The translations under genes were made by a program, and so were the position numbers. From NCBI GenBank assembly GCA_963666485.2, contig CAXXUO010000003.1:320001-384000 (forward strand): a DNA stretch of 64,000 bases. The letters are read 5' to 3'. The notes beneath the pieces were generated by a model. The model saw only the letters and a program-made list of their open reading frames with translations. It had not been told where the DNA came from and did not search any database. The DNA is from Syntrophorhabdaceae bacterium (GTDB taxonomy: Bacteria > Desulfobacterota > Syntrophorhabdia > Syntrophorhabdales > Syntrophorhabdaceae). Within the stretch, counting starts at the first letter, position 1. Each line of letters opens with the position of its first letter. Below, one piece after another: positions 1-8,626 of the stretch.

Positions 1-536
1 GACCCCACAAAGCGCCCGGCTGGCGTAGTGCGCTCCTCGCGGCGTATGGCCGAGAGATGGCGGTCGCCGATACCGGGAGAGGAATGGTCTCCCCTGGCAA
101 GGCCGAGCAGTGCAGGGGCGGACCCCAAGATCCTGCCGTCGGGATCGAAGACAAAAACCTTTGCATCTATCTTGTCGACAATGACAAAGGGCATTCCCTC
201 ATTGTCGGCCGAATCCACGATCCAATCGGCGACTTTCCCGGCCGCTTTAGATCTTTCGGCGTTCTTGAAATCAGCCCGTCCAGAAGACGATGTTAAGGCA
301 GTTAATGACTGGCCGTACTGTATTGCCCGGTTGGCGGCGATCTCATGGAACGGGACGGATCTTCCGGTCTCGGCGAGCGGTCTTACAGACTGACCTGACA
401 CCGGTTGGGCAGGAAGGCCAAGGGCTGCAACCCCAATAAATACCGCTCCGATGACCGGCCCGGCACGTAGCCGGGTGGGGTGCAGACTACTGTGCCCTGT
501 ATTTCCCGGATAGCAGCCGCGCAGGAATACTGTCAT
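1..536 (-). CDS. L,D-transpeptidase-like exported protein (partial; 3' end runs off the window)
   Basis: Not in the ORF track. Manual translation from ATG at 536 gives MTVF...IGAVFIGVAALGLP...PFVIVDKIDAKVFVFDPDGRILGSAPALLGLARGD...IRREERTTPAGRF, a YkuD-type N-terminal pattern. The catalytic His/Cys would lie outside the window, and the start is uncertain. Confidence 0.65.
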   Translation of the reverse strand, partial: MTVFLRGCYPGNTGHSSLHPTRLRAGPVIGAVFIGVAALGLPAQPVSGQSVRPLAETGRSVPFHEIAANRAIQYGQSLTALTSSSGRADFKNAERSKAAGKVADWIVDSADNEGMPFVIVDKIDAKVFVFDPDGRILGSAPALLGLARGDHSSPGIGDRHLSAIRREERTTPAGRFVG

Positions 537-563
537 GTCTCGGTCTGTATCATAGGATGCATA

Positions 564-600
564 ATTTCGCCCCGCTTGTTTATAAAAAGCGGGGCGAAAT
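564..600 (-). terminator. Hairpin (terminator or mRNA stabiliser) between the small lipoprotein gene and the LDT-like gene
   Basis: Perfect 14-bp inverted repeat ATTTCGCCCCGCTT / AAGCGGGGCGAAAT. Confidence 0.7.
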
Positions 601-608
601 AAGATCGA

Positions 609-812
609 CTAGTGACGGTCGGGTTTGGCCGGCGGCGGCGGTGGAGGAGGAGTCGGCGCAGGCGGCGGTTCCGGAGCAGGCTGTACCACGGGTGCCGGAG
701 CAGGAGGAGGGGGAGTCTCACCCTTCATTCTCTGCTGGAAACATCCGCAGCCGCCCAGGATCGTGCCAACGAACAAAATCAGTAAAGCGATCCCTAATAA
801 CCTTTTCTTCAT
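609..812 (-). CDS. Small proline-rich lipoprotein (67 aa)
   Basis: MKKRLLGIALLILFVGTILGG-C lipobox, then a polyproline tract ending AKPDRH. RBS AAGGAAGG precedes ATG 812. Confidence 0.85.
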   Translation of the reverse strand: MKKRLLGIALLILFVGTILGGCGCFQQRMKGETPPPPAPAPVVQPAPEPPPAPTPPPPPPPAKPDRH

Positions 813-1180
813 GTTACACCTTCCTTTTGTTTTATTTACACAGCATAACCTTGTGTTTCCGGAGCCCTCGTGCGCCGGGCGCACGTTCATCCCTTCCGCC
901 GATCGAGCCTGATGCTAAAATTAATTTATAATGCCCGGACCCAAAGTCAAGAATGCCTGCCGGACATACCGTGAAAAATCAAATAGTTACCACGATAACA
1001 TATGTGTTGAAATGATACGGGTCATAAGGGCTGTTTAGAGCAGAGTATGGATAAACAAGGGGTAGAGTGATAAGCTATAAAACACCTGGTTATGGGTAAT
1101 GGGAAAAGCCCGGGAGAGCCCATAACCTAATTACCTATCACCCGGGACCTATACCCGGAACCTTTTATCAGGAGCGTGCT

Positions 1181-1477
1181 ATGTCCCTTTTTCAGGTTTG
1201 CGGATGAGTTACTTGAGTGGATCCAGACGCGCCGACAGTTAGCCGGCGCACACTCAAGTTTATTGATGGAACACAGGTCGCGGTAAGTAATCTTCACGAG
1301 ATAATGGCAGAACTCCATTCTGTTGGGAAACCTGCTACCCGGGAAACGGTTGATGAGATCATCGCCGGGCTTATAGCGATGGGAAACTATATCTCAGATT
1401 CCGAAGTGACACGAAGGGAATACAGGGCTGTCCTTCTGAAGGAATACGAGGAATATATCGCCAGCCATAAAGGCTAA
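1181..1477 (+). CDS. Candidate selenoprotein with C-G-U-x-x-U motif (98 aa with UGA read-through; 86 aa if started at GTG 1217)
   Basis: AGGAG RBS then ATG 1181, in frame with ORF 1217-1477. In-frame TGA at 1205 and 1214, and a downstream hairpin. Confidence 0.65.
1211..1259 (+). promoter_or_regulatory. Putative bacterial SECIS-like hairpin
   Basis: Lower stem ACTTGAGTG(1211-19)/CACTCAAGT(1251-59). Upper stem GCGCCG(1229-34)/CGGCGC(1244-49), beginning 12 nt after the second UGA. Confidence 0.5.
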
Positions 1478-1483
1478 CTGACG

Positions 1484-1507
1484 GTTCCGCGTTCCACGTT
1501 CCACGTT
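1484..1507. repeat. Heptamer tandem repeat GTTCC(G/A)C
   Basis: gttccgc gttccac gttccac gtt. Confidence 0.7.
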
Positions 1508-1558
1508 TTAATGATGAAGATGGACCCGCGTGCCGGCCATGAGTTCACCACGATACGC

Positions 1559-1909
1559 TTATTTGCGAACGAGTGCCTCGAGTTCTCTTAAGCACCTGCT
1601 CTCCTTTTCTCTTTTCAAGATGTCGAGACGTTCACTGTGCGCGCGGGGAAGGGGACAATCGGGCGGTTTCTTATAGAGGCTGCATGTTTCGTCCCAATCG
1701 GATATGTAAGCCCCCCGCGCTTCCTGTAGGCACGCGTTATACCTGTTCTCTTTTTCCTTAAGGTATGAACGGTCGGCCTCCAACCTTTTCGCGGCGTCGG
1801 CACGCTCGGCCCTTTTTTCGAGGGGCAGGAATATAACGAAATAATAAAAGACCGAGAACGTTATCAGGCACAGGCATACGGTGGCAACGATACGGAATAT
1901 GCGGCTCAT
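1559..1909 (-). CDS. Membrane-anchored hypothetical protein with Cx15Cx8Cx20C domain
   Basis: N-terminal TM helix, charged helical stretch, four-Cys C-terminal motif. Confidence 0.75.
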   Translation of the reverse strand: MSRIFRIVATVCLCLITFSVFYYFVIFLPLEKRAERADAAKRLEADRSYLKEKENRYNACLQEARGAYISDWDETCSLYKKPPDCPLPRAHSERLDILKREKESRCLRELEALVRK

Positions 1910-2062
1910 AAGGGACTCCCTTTCGTCTCGGACATAAGGGAACCCTAATATAATGGCGCTGATGTTTCAAGATTTTTCGATGGGCCGGCTAATAATATTA
2001 GCGTAAAGGGTCTCGGGGAAGGGGCCTTAAGCCACGGGCCTTCCTTCCCCGGGGTATGGCGA

Positions 2063-2512
2063 TCAGGCGGTCCTGATGAGCATCACGGGGCATTTTGCGC
2101 CTCGCGCAACCTTTTCAGCAACGCTGCCCATGAGGTGGCCGATCAGTCCGGTCTTCCCGTGGGATGATATAACGATGAGGTCGATATTTTTTGTTTCCTG
2201 TTCCTTCAATATCTCGTGGGCAGGGTGTCCTTCGACCACGTAGGATTCGACCTCGACATCGCCCGAGGGGATGACGCGTTTTACCTGTTCCTTCATCGTG
2301 TTATCGGAAGATTCAAACGCCTTCTTGCCTATTTCTGCTATGGTCTTTTCGTCAAAACAGTAATCGACGGCACATGGATGGGTCACAGGGATAACATGGA
2401 GGAAATATATCTTTGCCGAATGCTGTTTTGCGAGATCGTACGCCTGGCGCAGGGCTTCGTCGGAATATGTTGAAAAATCCGTTGGTACCAAAATTCTTTT
2501 CGGTGAAAACAT
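2063..2512 (-). CDS. Universal stress protein (UspA family)
   Basis: ILVPTDFS and DLIVISSHGKTG...GSVAEKV...CPV motifs. RBS AAGGAGG before ATG 2512. Confidence 0.93.
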   Translation of the reverse strand: MFSPKRILVPTDFSTYSDEALRQAYDLAKQHSAKIYFLHVIPVTHPCAVDYCFDEKTIAEIGKKAFESSDNTMKEQVKRVIPSGDVEVESYVVEGHPAHEILKEQETKNIDLIVISSHGKTGLIGHLMGSVAEKVARGAKCPVMLIRTA

Positions 2513-2747
2513 AGTTGCCTCCTTGTTATATATTTTCAATAACTCTGCACAGGCAGAGGATCAAGGCTACGGGAATCATCAACGGTAGGCGATTTCAAGT
2601 AATCCTCTTTTCTAATCATTATACCACACCGGGTCCCGTGACACCGGCCCCGTTGACGTCTATCGGCCGGAAGTTCTTGTTAATACACGCTGTCCGGACA
2701 GGTTGTAATCACATACTTTCTCGTGCTAAATGTTATACACGACCTAA

Positions 2748-5700
2748 GTGATTAAGGCAGGTCCTATGCTGTCGGCAGCGGCGGGATCGCCGGTGGATAT
2801 CAACGGTAACGGGGGACTTCTGTACACAAAAAGATCCGGCGCGGGAACGATCTGTACAGTATTATTTCTGTTCTGTGCACTTGTGTTGCCGTCAACAGGT
2901 TCCGGCGAGGCCTTTGCTCCCAATGACCCCTACTTTTCGTACGGTGCGGGCAGTTACTGGTATCCCGGCGAATGGCATCTCGAGAATGCCGGAACGGTAG
3001 TGTCAGGGAAGACGAATAACGGTGTCGATGCAGGCCTGAGGGGGGCCTGGAACCTCGGGTATACAGGCAAGGGGGTCACCATCGGCATTATCGACGACGG
3101 GGTCGAGGGAACGCACGAGGACCTGAAGGCCAATTACAGCGCAGCTTTAAGCCGCAAATTCCTGGGGGGCAGTATACTGGGCCCGACCGGCCCCATATAT
3201 CAGGCAGATAATCATGGGACATCCGTTGCGGGCGTGGCCGCTGCCCGTGGAGGCAACGGCATAGGGGGAACGGGCGCCGCCCCTTATGCAACTATTGCCG
3301 ACCTGCGCCTTCTCGATGACACCGTTGTCACCCAGGATTACATAAATGCTTACCTGTGGGCGAGCGGCGTGGAATTAAAGGATGGCAAATATGTCATAAC
3401 GAGCGACGCCCAGATACAGGTCAAAAACCACAGCTACGGGAAAAAATATCCCTGGACCCGGGATGACGCGAACATCGCAAAGGTGATGAACAGGAGTGCG
3501 CAGAACGGCGTCATACACGTATGGGCCGCCGGCAACGAGCGCGGGAAGATGGATGAAGACTCAAGCAAGAACCAGACCCATGCGAACAGCAATATCATCA
3601 CAGTTGCCGCGCTGGGGAGTGATGGTAAATATGCGTCTTACAGCAATTACAGCTCCAGTGTCTTTGTAACGGCACCCTCAAACGGGAGCGGCACCCTCGG
3701 TATAATCACGACCGACAGGAGCGGGGCAAACCTCGGGTATAACCGGTATTCAGCCCAGAACCTGAGCGGGGACAACGGTGATGTATTTCCCGATACCAGT
3801 TATTGCAGCGACTTCGGCGGCACCTCTTCGGCGACCCCGCTCGTGGCGGGGATAATGGCGCTCGGGAAGGAGGCGAACAAGTACATGGATGTCCGCATGG
3901 CACAGCACGCCCTGGTCCTCACGTCGACGAAGGTCGACCCCAATGATGCAAGCGCTGCGGGCGGGTGGATAATGAACGGCGCGGGCAACTGGTTCAACCC
4001 CAATTATGGCTTTGGTAAGATCAATGCGGGCAAGTTTGTCGAAAAGGTGGCAGCGATCAAGGGCGTCAGCGCACAGACGTCGTATTCAACCCCGCTTCAG
4101 ACAGTAAACGAGACGATCAAGTATCTTGACGCCGGCAATGCCGGGGGTACGACCAAACAGATCACTCTGACAACGGCGCAGTTGCCGGCGGCGCTGCGGC
4201 AGCCCCTTGAAGGCGTCCAGGTGTACCTGAACTTTACGCACGCAAAGCGGGGGGACCTGACGGCTTATGTCACGTCCCCATACGGAACGACGAGCCGCCT
4301 CTTTAACTCCACTGCGCATCTGCCTGCGGCACAGCAGGATGATACGAGTGTCACCGATTTCGGTTGGACGTTTCTTTCGAACGCCTTTTGGGGGGAAGAC
4401 CCCCTTGGAGGAGCAGACAAAGCATCCGGTAAATGGGTGATCACCATGGGGGACAGGGTCAACAAGGCTGCTGCGGACCTGGGCACCTGGAACAGCTACG
4501 GCCTCACGTTGCTCATGGGAAAAATATTGTTCAATGGGGCCGGGGTGATCACTCAGACGGAGAATATCAAGGCAAGGTCTTTGTCGATGCAGAATTCCGG
4601 CGATATCCTGATCAACCCGAAGGGGTATAGCCTCGAGGTTGGCGAAAAGGTGGAGATCAAAGCCGGCGAGATGAACGTCAACGGGATCGTGAGGATGAAT
4701 CGTCCGGAGGATGATGAAGATGAAGGTGAATTTGTCCTCGACGGCGGCATCGTTTCGGGCGCGGGCACCATTGAGGCACCCTATGGGTTCTACCATGTCT
4801 CGGGTACCATTAAGCCGGGGAATTCCATCGGCACCCTCACGATCGTAGGTGATTACTACCAGGAACGCGCGGCCAAACTTCTCATCGAGGTGGCCTCACC
4901 AACGAGCAACGACGTCCTCGCTGTCGTCGGGAGCGCTTATCTGAACGGTATACTCCAGACCTCCTGGCTGGGAGGACGGGCGACCCCCGCCATAGGGACG
5001 GTCTTCGGGGCTTTCCTTACAGCGACGGACGGGGTGTATGGACAGTTTTCGAGCCTGCTGACGAACATAACCCCGACGGTCGTCTTCAAGCCAAGATACG
5101 ATATACCCAACCAGGTCTATCTCGTCGTCCAGAGGGACTACGCGAACGAGGTTCTGCTTCCCTACCTCAATACGAACCAGCGGGCGGTGGGCGCAATGTT
5201 CAACAGCGTCGGCAACACGGCGACGGGCGATCTCGACACGGTCCTCCGGGCCATCGACGCCCTGCCGGGGTACAGCCAGGTGGCGAATGCACTTGACCAG
5301 GCAGCCCCCCGGGGGAGCGAGGCACTTTTCAGCATGGGCATCAGCTCCACCTCTTTCCAGGCCATGAACATCTCCGATCGCCTCTTCGACATACGGCGCG
5401 GTATCAGGGGTGCGAACCTCGACGGGGTGTTCATGAAGAACAGCTCGTTCGTGCGGGAGGGCAAGGACAGGCCCGTCCTTATCGCCTCGGCCGGTCCCGA
5501 TCTTGCGGGCATGCTTCCAGATCCTGGAAATGAGAGATGGGGCATCTTCGTGAAGGGTAACGCGGTATCCGGCGACCAGAGGGACACGTCCGACCGGACA
5601 GGATATAATTTCACAAGTGCGGGCGCCACCCTGGGCATGGACTACAGGTTTACGGACAGCCTGGCGCTCGGTCTGCTCATCGGGTACACGGGATCGCGCG

Positions 5701-6368
5701 CTGATGTGGACGATTACGGCAGCAAAGTGACTATGGATGGTTATACAGCGGGTATCTACGGGACCTGGTACAGGCACGGGTTCTTTGTGGACGGGCAGGC
5801 AAGCTACGGGTGGGCGGACTACAGGAATAGCCGGCGCATCGTCTTCACAGGTATAGACCGGACGGCGTCGTCGAGGCCATCCGGCCGCCAGCTGACCCTC
5901 TATGGGGGCACGGGTTACGAGTTTAAGACAGATGCCTGGATGCTTGTGCCTTCCGTCTCCCTTCAATACATAAAACTCGGGCTCGACAGCTATACGGAAT
6001 CAGGTGCGGGAGCGCTGAACTTAAACGTGGACAGGCAGAACATGGAATCCTTCCTTGGGAATATCGGTGGAAGGGCATACTACACTTTTGATACGGAAGG
6101 GGCGGTCATCATGCCGGGCATCCGGGCATCCTACGGATATGAATTCCTCCGCGACGCTCGCGGCGTCACGTCGACCCTCGCGCAGGGAAGTTCGCCCTTC
6201 ACCATCGAGTTGCCGTCGGCCGCCAGGAACACCATATCCTGCGGTGCCTCGATCTCCATGTTCCTGAAGAAAAACGGGGCCTCTTTTCAACTGGGATACG
6301 ATGCTCAGTTCGGTTCGGACAACTACACCGCGCACAGCATTAACGGGATGATACGCATGGTTTTCTAA
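2748..6368 (+). CDS. S8 (kexin/furin-like) serine protease autotransporter with P-domain
   Basis: Catalytic motifs IIDDG, DNHGTSVAG, AAGN and GGTSSATP; P-domain (THAKRGDL); PGNSIGTL beta-helix; C-terminal beta-barrel ending in F. Start uncertain. Confidence 0.92.
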   Translation: MIKAGPMLSAAAGSPVDINGNGGLLYTKRSGAGTICTVLFLFCALVLPSTGSGEAFAPNDPYFSYGAGSYWYPGEWHLENAGTVVSGKTNNGVDAGLRGAWNLGYTGKGVTIGIIDDGVEGTHEDLKANYSAALSRKFLGGSILGPTGPIYQADNHGTSVAGVAAARGGNGIGGTGAAPYATIADLRLLDDTVVTQDYINAYLWASGVELKDGKYVITSDAQIQVKNHSYGKKYPWTRDDANIAKVMNRSAQNGVIHVWAAGNERGKMDEDSSKNQTHANSNIITVAALGSDGKYASYSNYSSSVFVTAPSNGSGTLGIITTDRSGANLGYNRYSAQNLSGDNGDVFPDTSYCSDFGGTSSATPLVAGIMALGKEANKYMDVRMAQHALVLTSTKVDPNDASAAGGWIMNGAGNWFNPNYGFGKINAGKFVEKVAAIKGVSAQTSYSTPLQTVNETIKYLDAGNAGGTTKQITLTTAQLPAALRQPLEGVQVYLNFTHAKRGDLTAYVTSPYGTTSRLFNSTAHLPAAQQDDTSVTDFGWTFLSNAFWGEDPLGGADKASGKWVITMGDRVNKAAADLGTWNSYGLTLLMGKILFNGAGVITQTENIKARSLSMQNSGDILINPKGYSLEVGEKVEIKAGEMNVNGIVRMNRPEDDEDEGEFVLDGGIVSGAGTIEAPYGFYHVSGTIKPGNSIGTLTIVGDYYQERAAKLLIEVASPTSNDVLAVVGSAYLNGILQTSWLGGRATPAIGTVFGAFLTATDGVYGQFSSLLTNITPTVVFKPRYDIPNQVYLVVQRDYANEVLLPYLNTNQRAVGAMFNSVGNTATGDLDTVLRAIDALPGYSQVANALDQAAPRGSEALFSMGISSTSFQAMNISDRLFDIRRGIRGANLDGVFMKNSSFVREGKDRPVLIASAGPDLAGMLPDPGNERWGIFVKGNAVSGDQRDTSDRTGYNFTSAGATLGMDYRFTDSLALGLLIGYTGSRADVDDYGSKVTMDGYTAGIYGTWYRHGFFVDGQASYGWADYRNSRRIVFTGIDRTASSRPSGRQLTLYGGTGYEFKTDAWMLVPSVSLQYIKLGLDSYTESGAGALNLNVDRQNMESFLGNIGGRAYYTFDTEGAVIMPGIRASYGYEFLRDARGVTSTLAQGSSPFTIELPSAARNTISCGASISMFLKKNGASFQLGYDAQFGSDNYTAHSINGMIRMVF

Positions 6369-6385
6369 AAGGTCGCTTCCCGCCT

Positions 6386-6655
6386 TTATTTCCAGCCGGC
6401 TTCCCGGTCACACACGGCCATCTCCACCGGATGGCTTTTCTCCCAGTCAGTAATTGACCGGGTTTCGCCCGGGGGTATTTTAGCATTCATGCAAACGCAG
6501 TACTTTCTGAGGATTTCCGTCGAAACCGCTGCATCGCTGTTATCGTCGATGCATTCAGCGATCCTGGCCTGGTTATGCGAATCAGCCCCGGCTAAGCCGC
6601 AGGCCAGGAACAGTATAAGGAGAAAGGCACAAACCGCAACACGTCTCACGATCAC
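6386..6655 (-). CDS. Small secreted Cys-containing hypothetical protein
   Basis: Signal peptide; CIDDN..YCVCMN..WEKSHP..CD; GGAGG RBS before GTG. Confidence 0.75.
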   Translation of the reverse strand: MIVRRVAVCAFLLILFLACGLAGADSHNQARIAECIDDNSDAAVSTEILRKYCVCMNAKIPPGETRSITDWEKSHPVEMAVCDREAGWK

Positions 6656-7026
6656 CCTCCGGCTATAAGCGGGGACTTGCTCATAGATTGGAATATGACA
6701 GGCCCGGCGATCCTTGCAATCCTTCCAGGCACACCCTTGATCCGGTGCTTGAGCTTCCTGACCGGGAGCCTGATCACAAAGATCAAATTACGTCGAGGAC
6801 TGATGATCAAGGCCCCAGAGGGGCCAGGTATTGCATCGGCCCCGAAACGTCTTATTTTCCTTTATCATTCTTGCCTGCCACTTTGGCCTTGACGGGTCCG
6901 GAACCGCGGCCGGACGAAGGAACCACCCCTCCTTCCCAAAGTGGTATTTTTTATAAAATTCGTGCCCACCGGGCAAATACCGCATACACCGGGCGCTATT
7001 TTTCCCGGGGTGGTGTTGGCCCGTTA

Positions 7027-7365
7027 TTACTGGATGTAGCAGGTAACCGACGAACCCTTGGCCGCAGCCGTTCCACCCGCAGGTGTCTGCTTCGTCACAG
7101 TTCTTTGGTTCACTTTACTGAAAACTTGACCAGTGGCCTTTACAGTGAATCCCGCTGACTCAAGAATTGGTTTAGCTTCTCCATATTTTTTCCCGACGAC
7201 ATTTGGCACGACAGCCTTAAGTGTCACCGGGCCCTTATTGTCGTTATCTACCGGCCTGGATTTTGGGATATTGACGGGACCTTTATCGTCCGACTGCGCG
7301 ATGCACAAAGACACAAAGCAAACCAGGGCAAATAGCACCACAAAAACGATCTTACCGGTTTTCAT
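7027..7365 (-). CDS. Secreted PASTA-domain protein
   Basis: Signal peptide; VPNVVGKKYGEAKPILESAGF...VTKQTPAGG PASTA pattern; duplicated DKGPV/NKGPV linker. Confidence 0.85.
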   Translation of the reverse strand: MKTGKIVFVVLFALVCFVSLCIAQSDDKGPVNIPKSRPVDNDNKGPVTLKAVVPNVVGKKYGEAKPILESAGFTVKATGQVFSKVNQRTVTKQTPAGGTAAAKGSSVTCYIQ

Positions 7366-7620
7366 CTTCCCTCCTGTTATGTTTGTAACGGTAAAAAGTC
7401 AACCAAACTTTAGTGAGATACCACAATAAAGCTCCGATAGTCAACGCCGGATAGTGACCGGTATGACAAAGCTTGGTCCCGGGCCGTTGACCTTATTGAG
7501 GCCCGGTATCTACCCCTGGAGGTGGTCGTAAGGCGCTACCGTTTGCCTGTTCGCTGTGGTATACTGGCAAACCCGTGCGACGGGGTAACAGAGACTGTGT
7601 CAAAGGGAAGGGAAAACAGT

Positions 7621-7905
7621 ATGAAAAAGATCCTGGTGTGCACTGTATGCGTATTCGCGCTGTCCCTGGCTGTACCCGGCCTCGACGCTTTGCTGAGAAG
7701 CAACTCATCTTCAAAGGCCTGTGCCGCGGACAACATCAGGTCCGAGACAAAAGACCCGCAGGAAAGAGATCCCTACAAAGCAGGCAAGAAACGGGCGCAG
7801 GATTTGAAGCGGGGAAAAAGCGGCAAGCCGAGCGATGACGGGTACAAAGACATGGATGAGAACCAGAAGGCCGCCTATAGAAAAGGCTACAAAGACGGCC
7901 AGTAA
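7621..7905 (+). CDS. Small secreted charged hypothetical protein
   Basis: MKKILVC signal-like start; repeated YKAG/YRKGY motifs; extended -10-like TGGTATACT upstream. Confidence 0.6.
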   Translation: MKKILVCTVCVFALSLAVPGLDALLRSNSSSKACAADNIRSETKDPQERDPYKAGKKRAQDLKRGKSGKPSDDGYKDMDENQKAAYRKGYKDGQ

Positions 7906-7928
7906 AACATGAGGTCAGTGATTCGCTT

Positions 7929-8279
7929 CTAAGCCCTGGAAAGCGCCTCCTGGACCATGTCCTTGGTTGGCGGTTTCTTAATTACCATGTGGGCCCCGGC
8001 GGCCTTAGATTTTTGGATCGTTTCGTCTGTCTCTGACGAGCACACAATGATGATCGTCCCCGGGTCCACCTTCCTGATCCCCTCGATGCATTCAATGCCA
8101 TTCATGTTGGGCATGTTGATGTCCATGAATGTTATATCAGGACCTTCCTTTTTAAAGATCTCCAGCGCCTGTGTGCCATCATCGGCTTCATGGAAAATAA
8201 ATTCCTCGGGCCGGGATACGCAGCTCTTGACCATCCTTCTCGCTACGGGGGAATCATCGACAATTAATATTTTCTTCAT
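7929..8279 (-). CDS. Single-domain response regulator (CheY-like)
   Basis: ILIVDDS, FMDINMPNMNG, KKP. Confidence 0.9.
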   Translation of the reverse strand: MKKILIVDDSPVARRMVKSCVSRPEEFIFHEADDGTQALEIFKKEGPDITFMDINMPNMNGIECIEGIRKVDPGTIIIVCSSETDETIQKSKAAGAHMVIKKPPTKDMVQEALSRA

Positions 8280-8477
8280 TTTGCACTCGGGCTCATCCTT
8301 TATCCTGTCAGTCGGCAGGGTTGCCATACATTTTCCACGCGACGGTTCACATCGTATTTATCGCTGAATATCGGTATTTCATAAGCCAATTGCCTTTGCA
8401 AGAGTATTCGTCTTGATTGACAGCTATAGCGGACATTGGTCGCGAAGATGGTGGTGCCTGGGGAATGGTTTGAATAG

Positions 8478-8552
8478 TGGAGCCGACGATGGGAATTGAA
8501 CCCGCGACCTGCTCATTACGAGTGAGCTGCTCTGCCTCTGAGCTACGTCGGC
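8478..8552 (-). tRNA. tRNA-Thr(CGU)
   Basis: GCCGACGTAGCTCAGAGGCAGAGCAGCTCACT-CGT-AATGAGCAGGTCGCGGGTTCAATTCCCATCGTCGGCTCCA. Confidence 0.95.
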
Positions 8553-8626
8553 GTTGAATGATTATATAGCATAACCTGTCGTTTTCGCACAATATAAATC
8601 TGCGCAACGGGGCATCAGTGCTGTCT

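Noticed and set aside
28..393. Plus-strand ORFs at the window start
   Set aside because: They are shadows of the minus-strand LDT-like gene 1-536
6660..7020. Short ORFs on both strands of this gap (6677, 6688, 6788, and a 24-aa GTG ORF after AAGGAGG)
   Set aside because: No recognisable motifs and poor RBS spacing; they cannot be supported
7566..7620. GGCAAACCCGT-GCGA-CGGGG resembling the P2 arm of a c-di-GMP-I riboswitch
   Set aside because: The following GACGCAAAGC junction and the P3 tetraloop receptor are absent, and it overlaps the likely transcription start
8347..8607. 86-aa ORF
   Set aside because: It overlaps tRNA-Thr and is spurious
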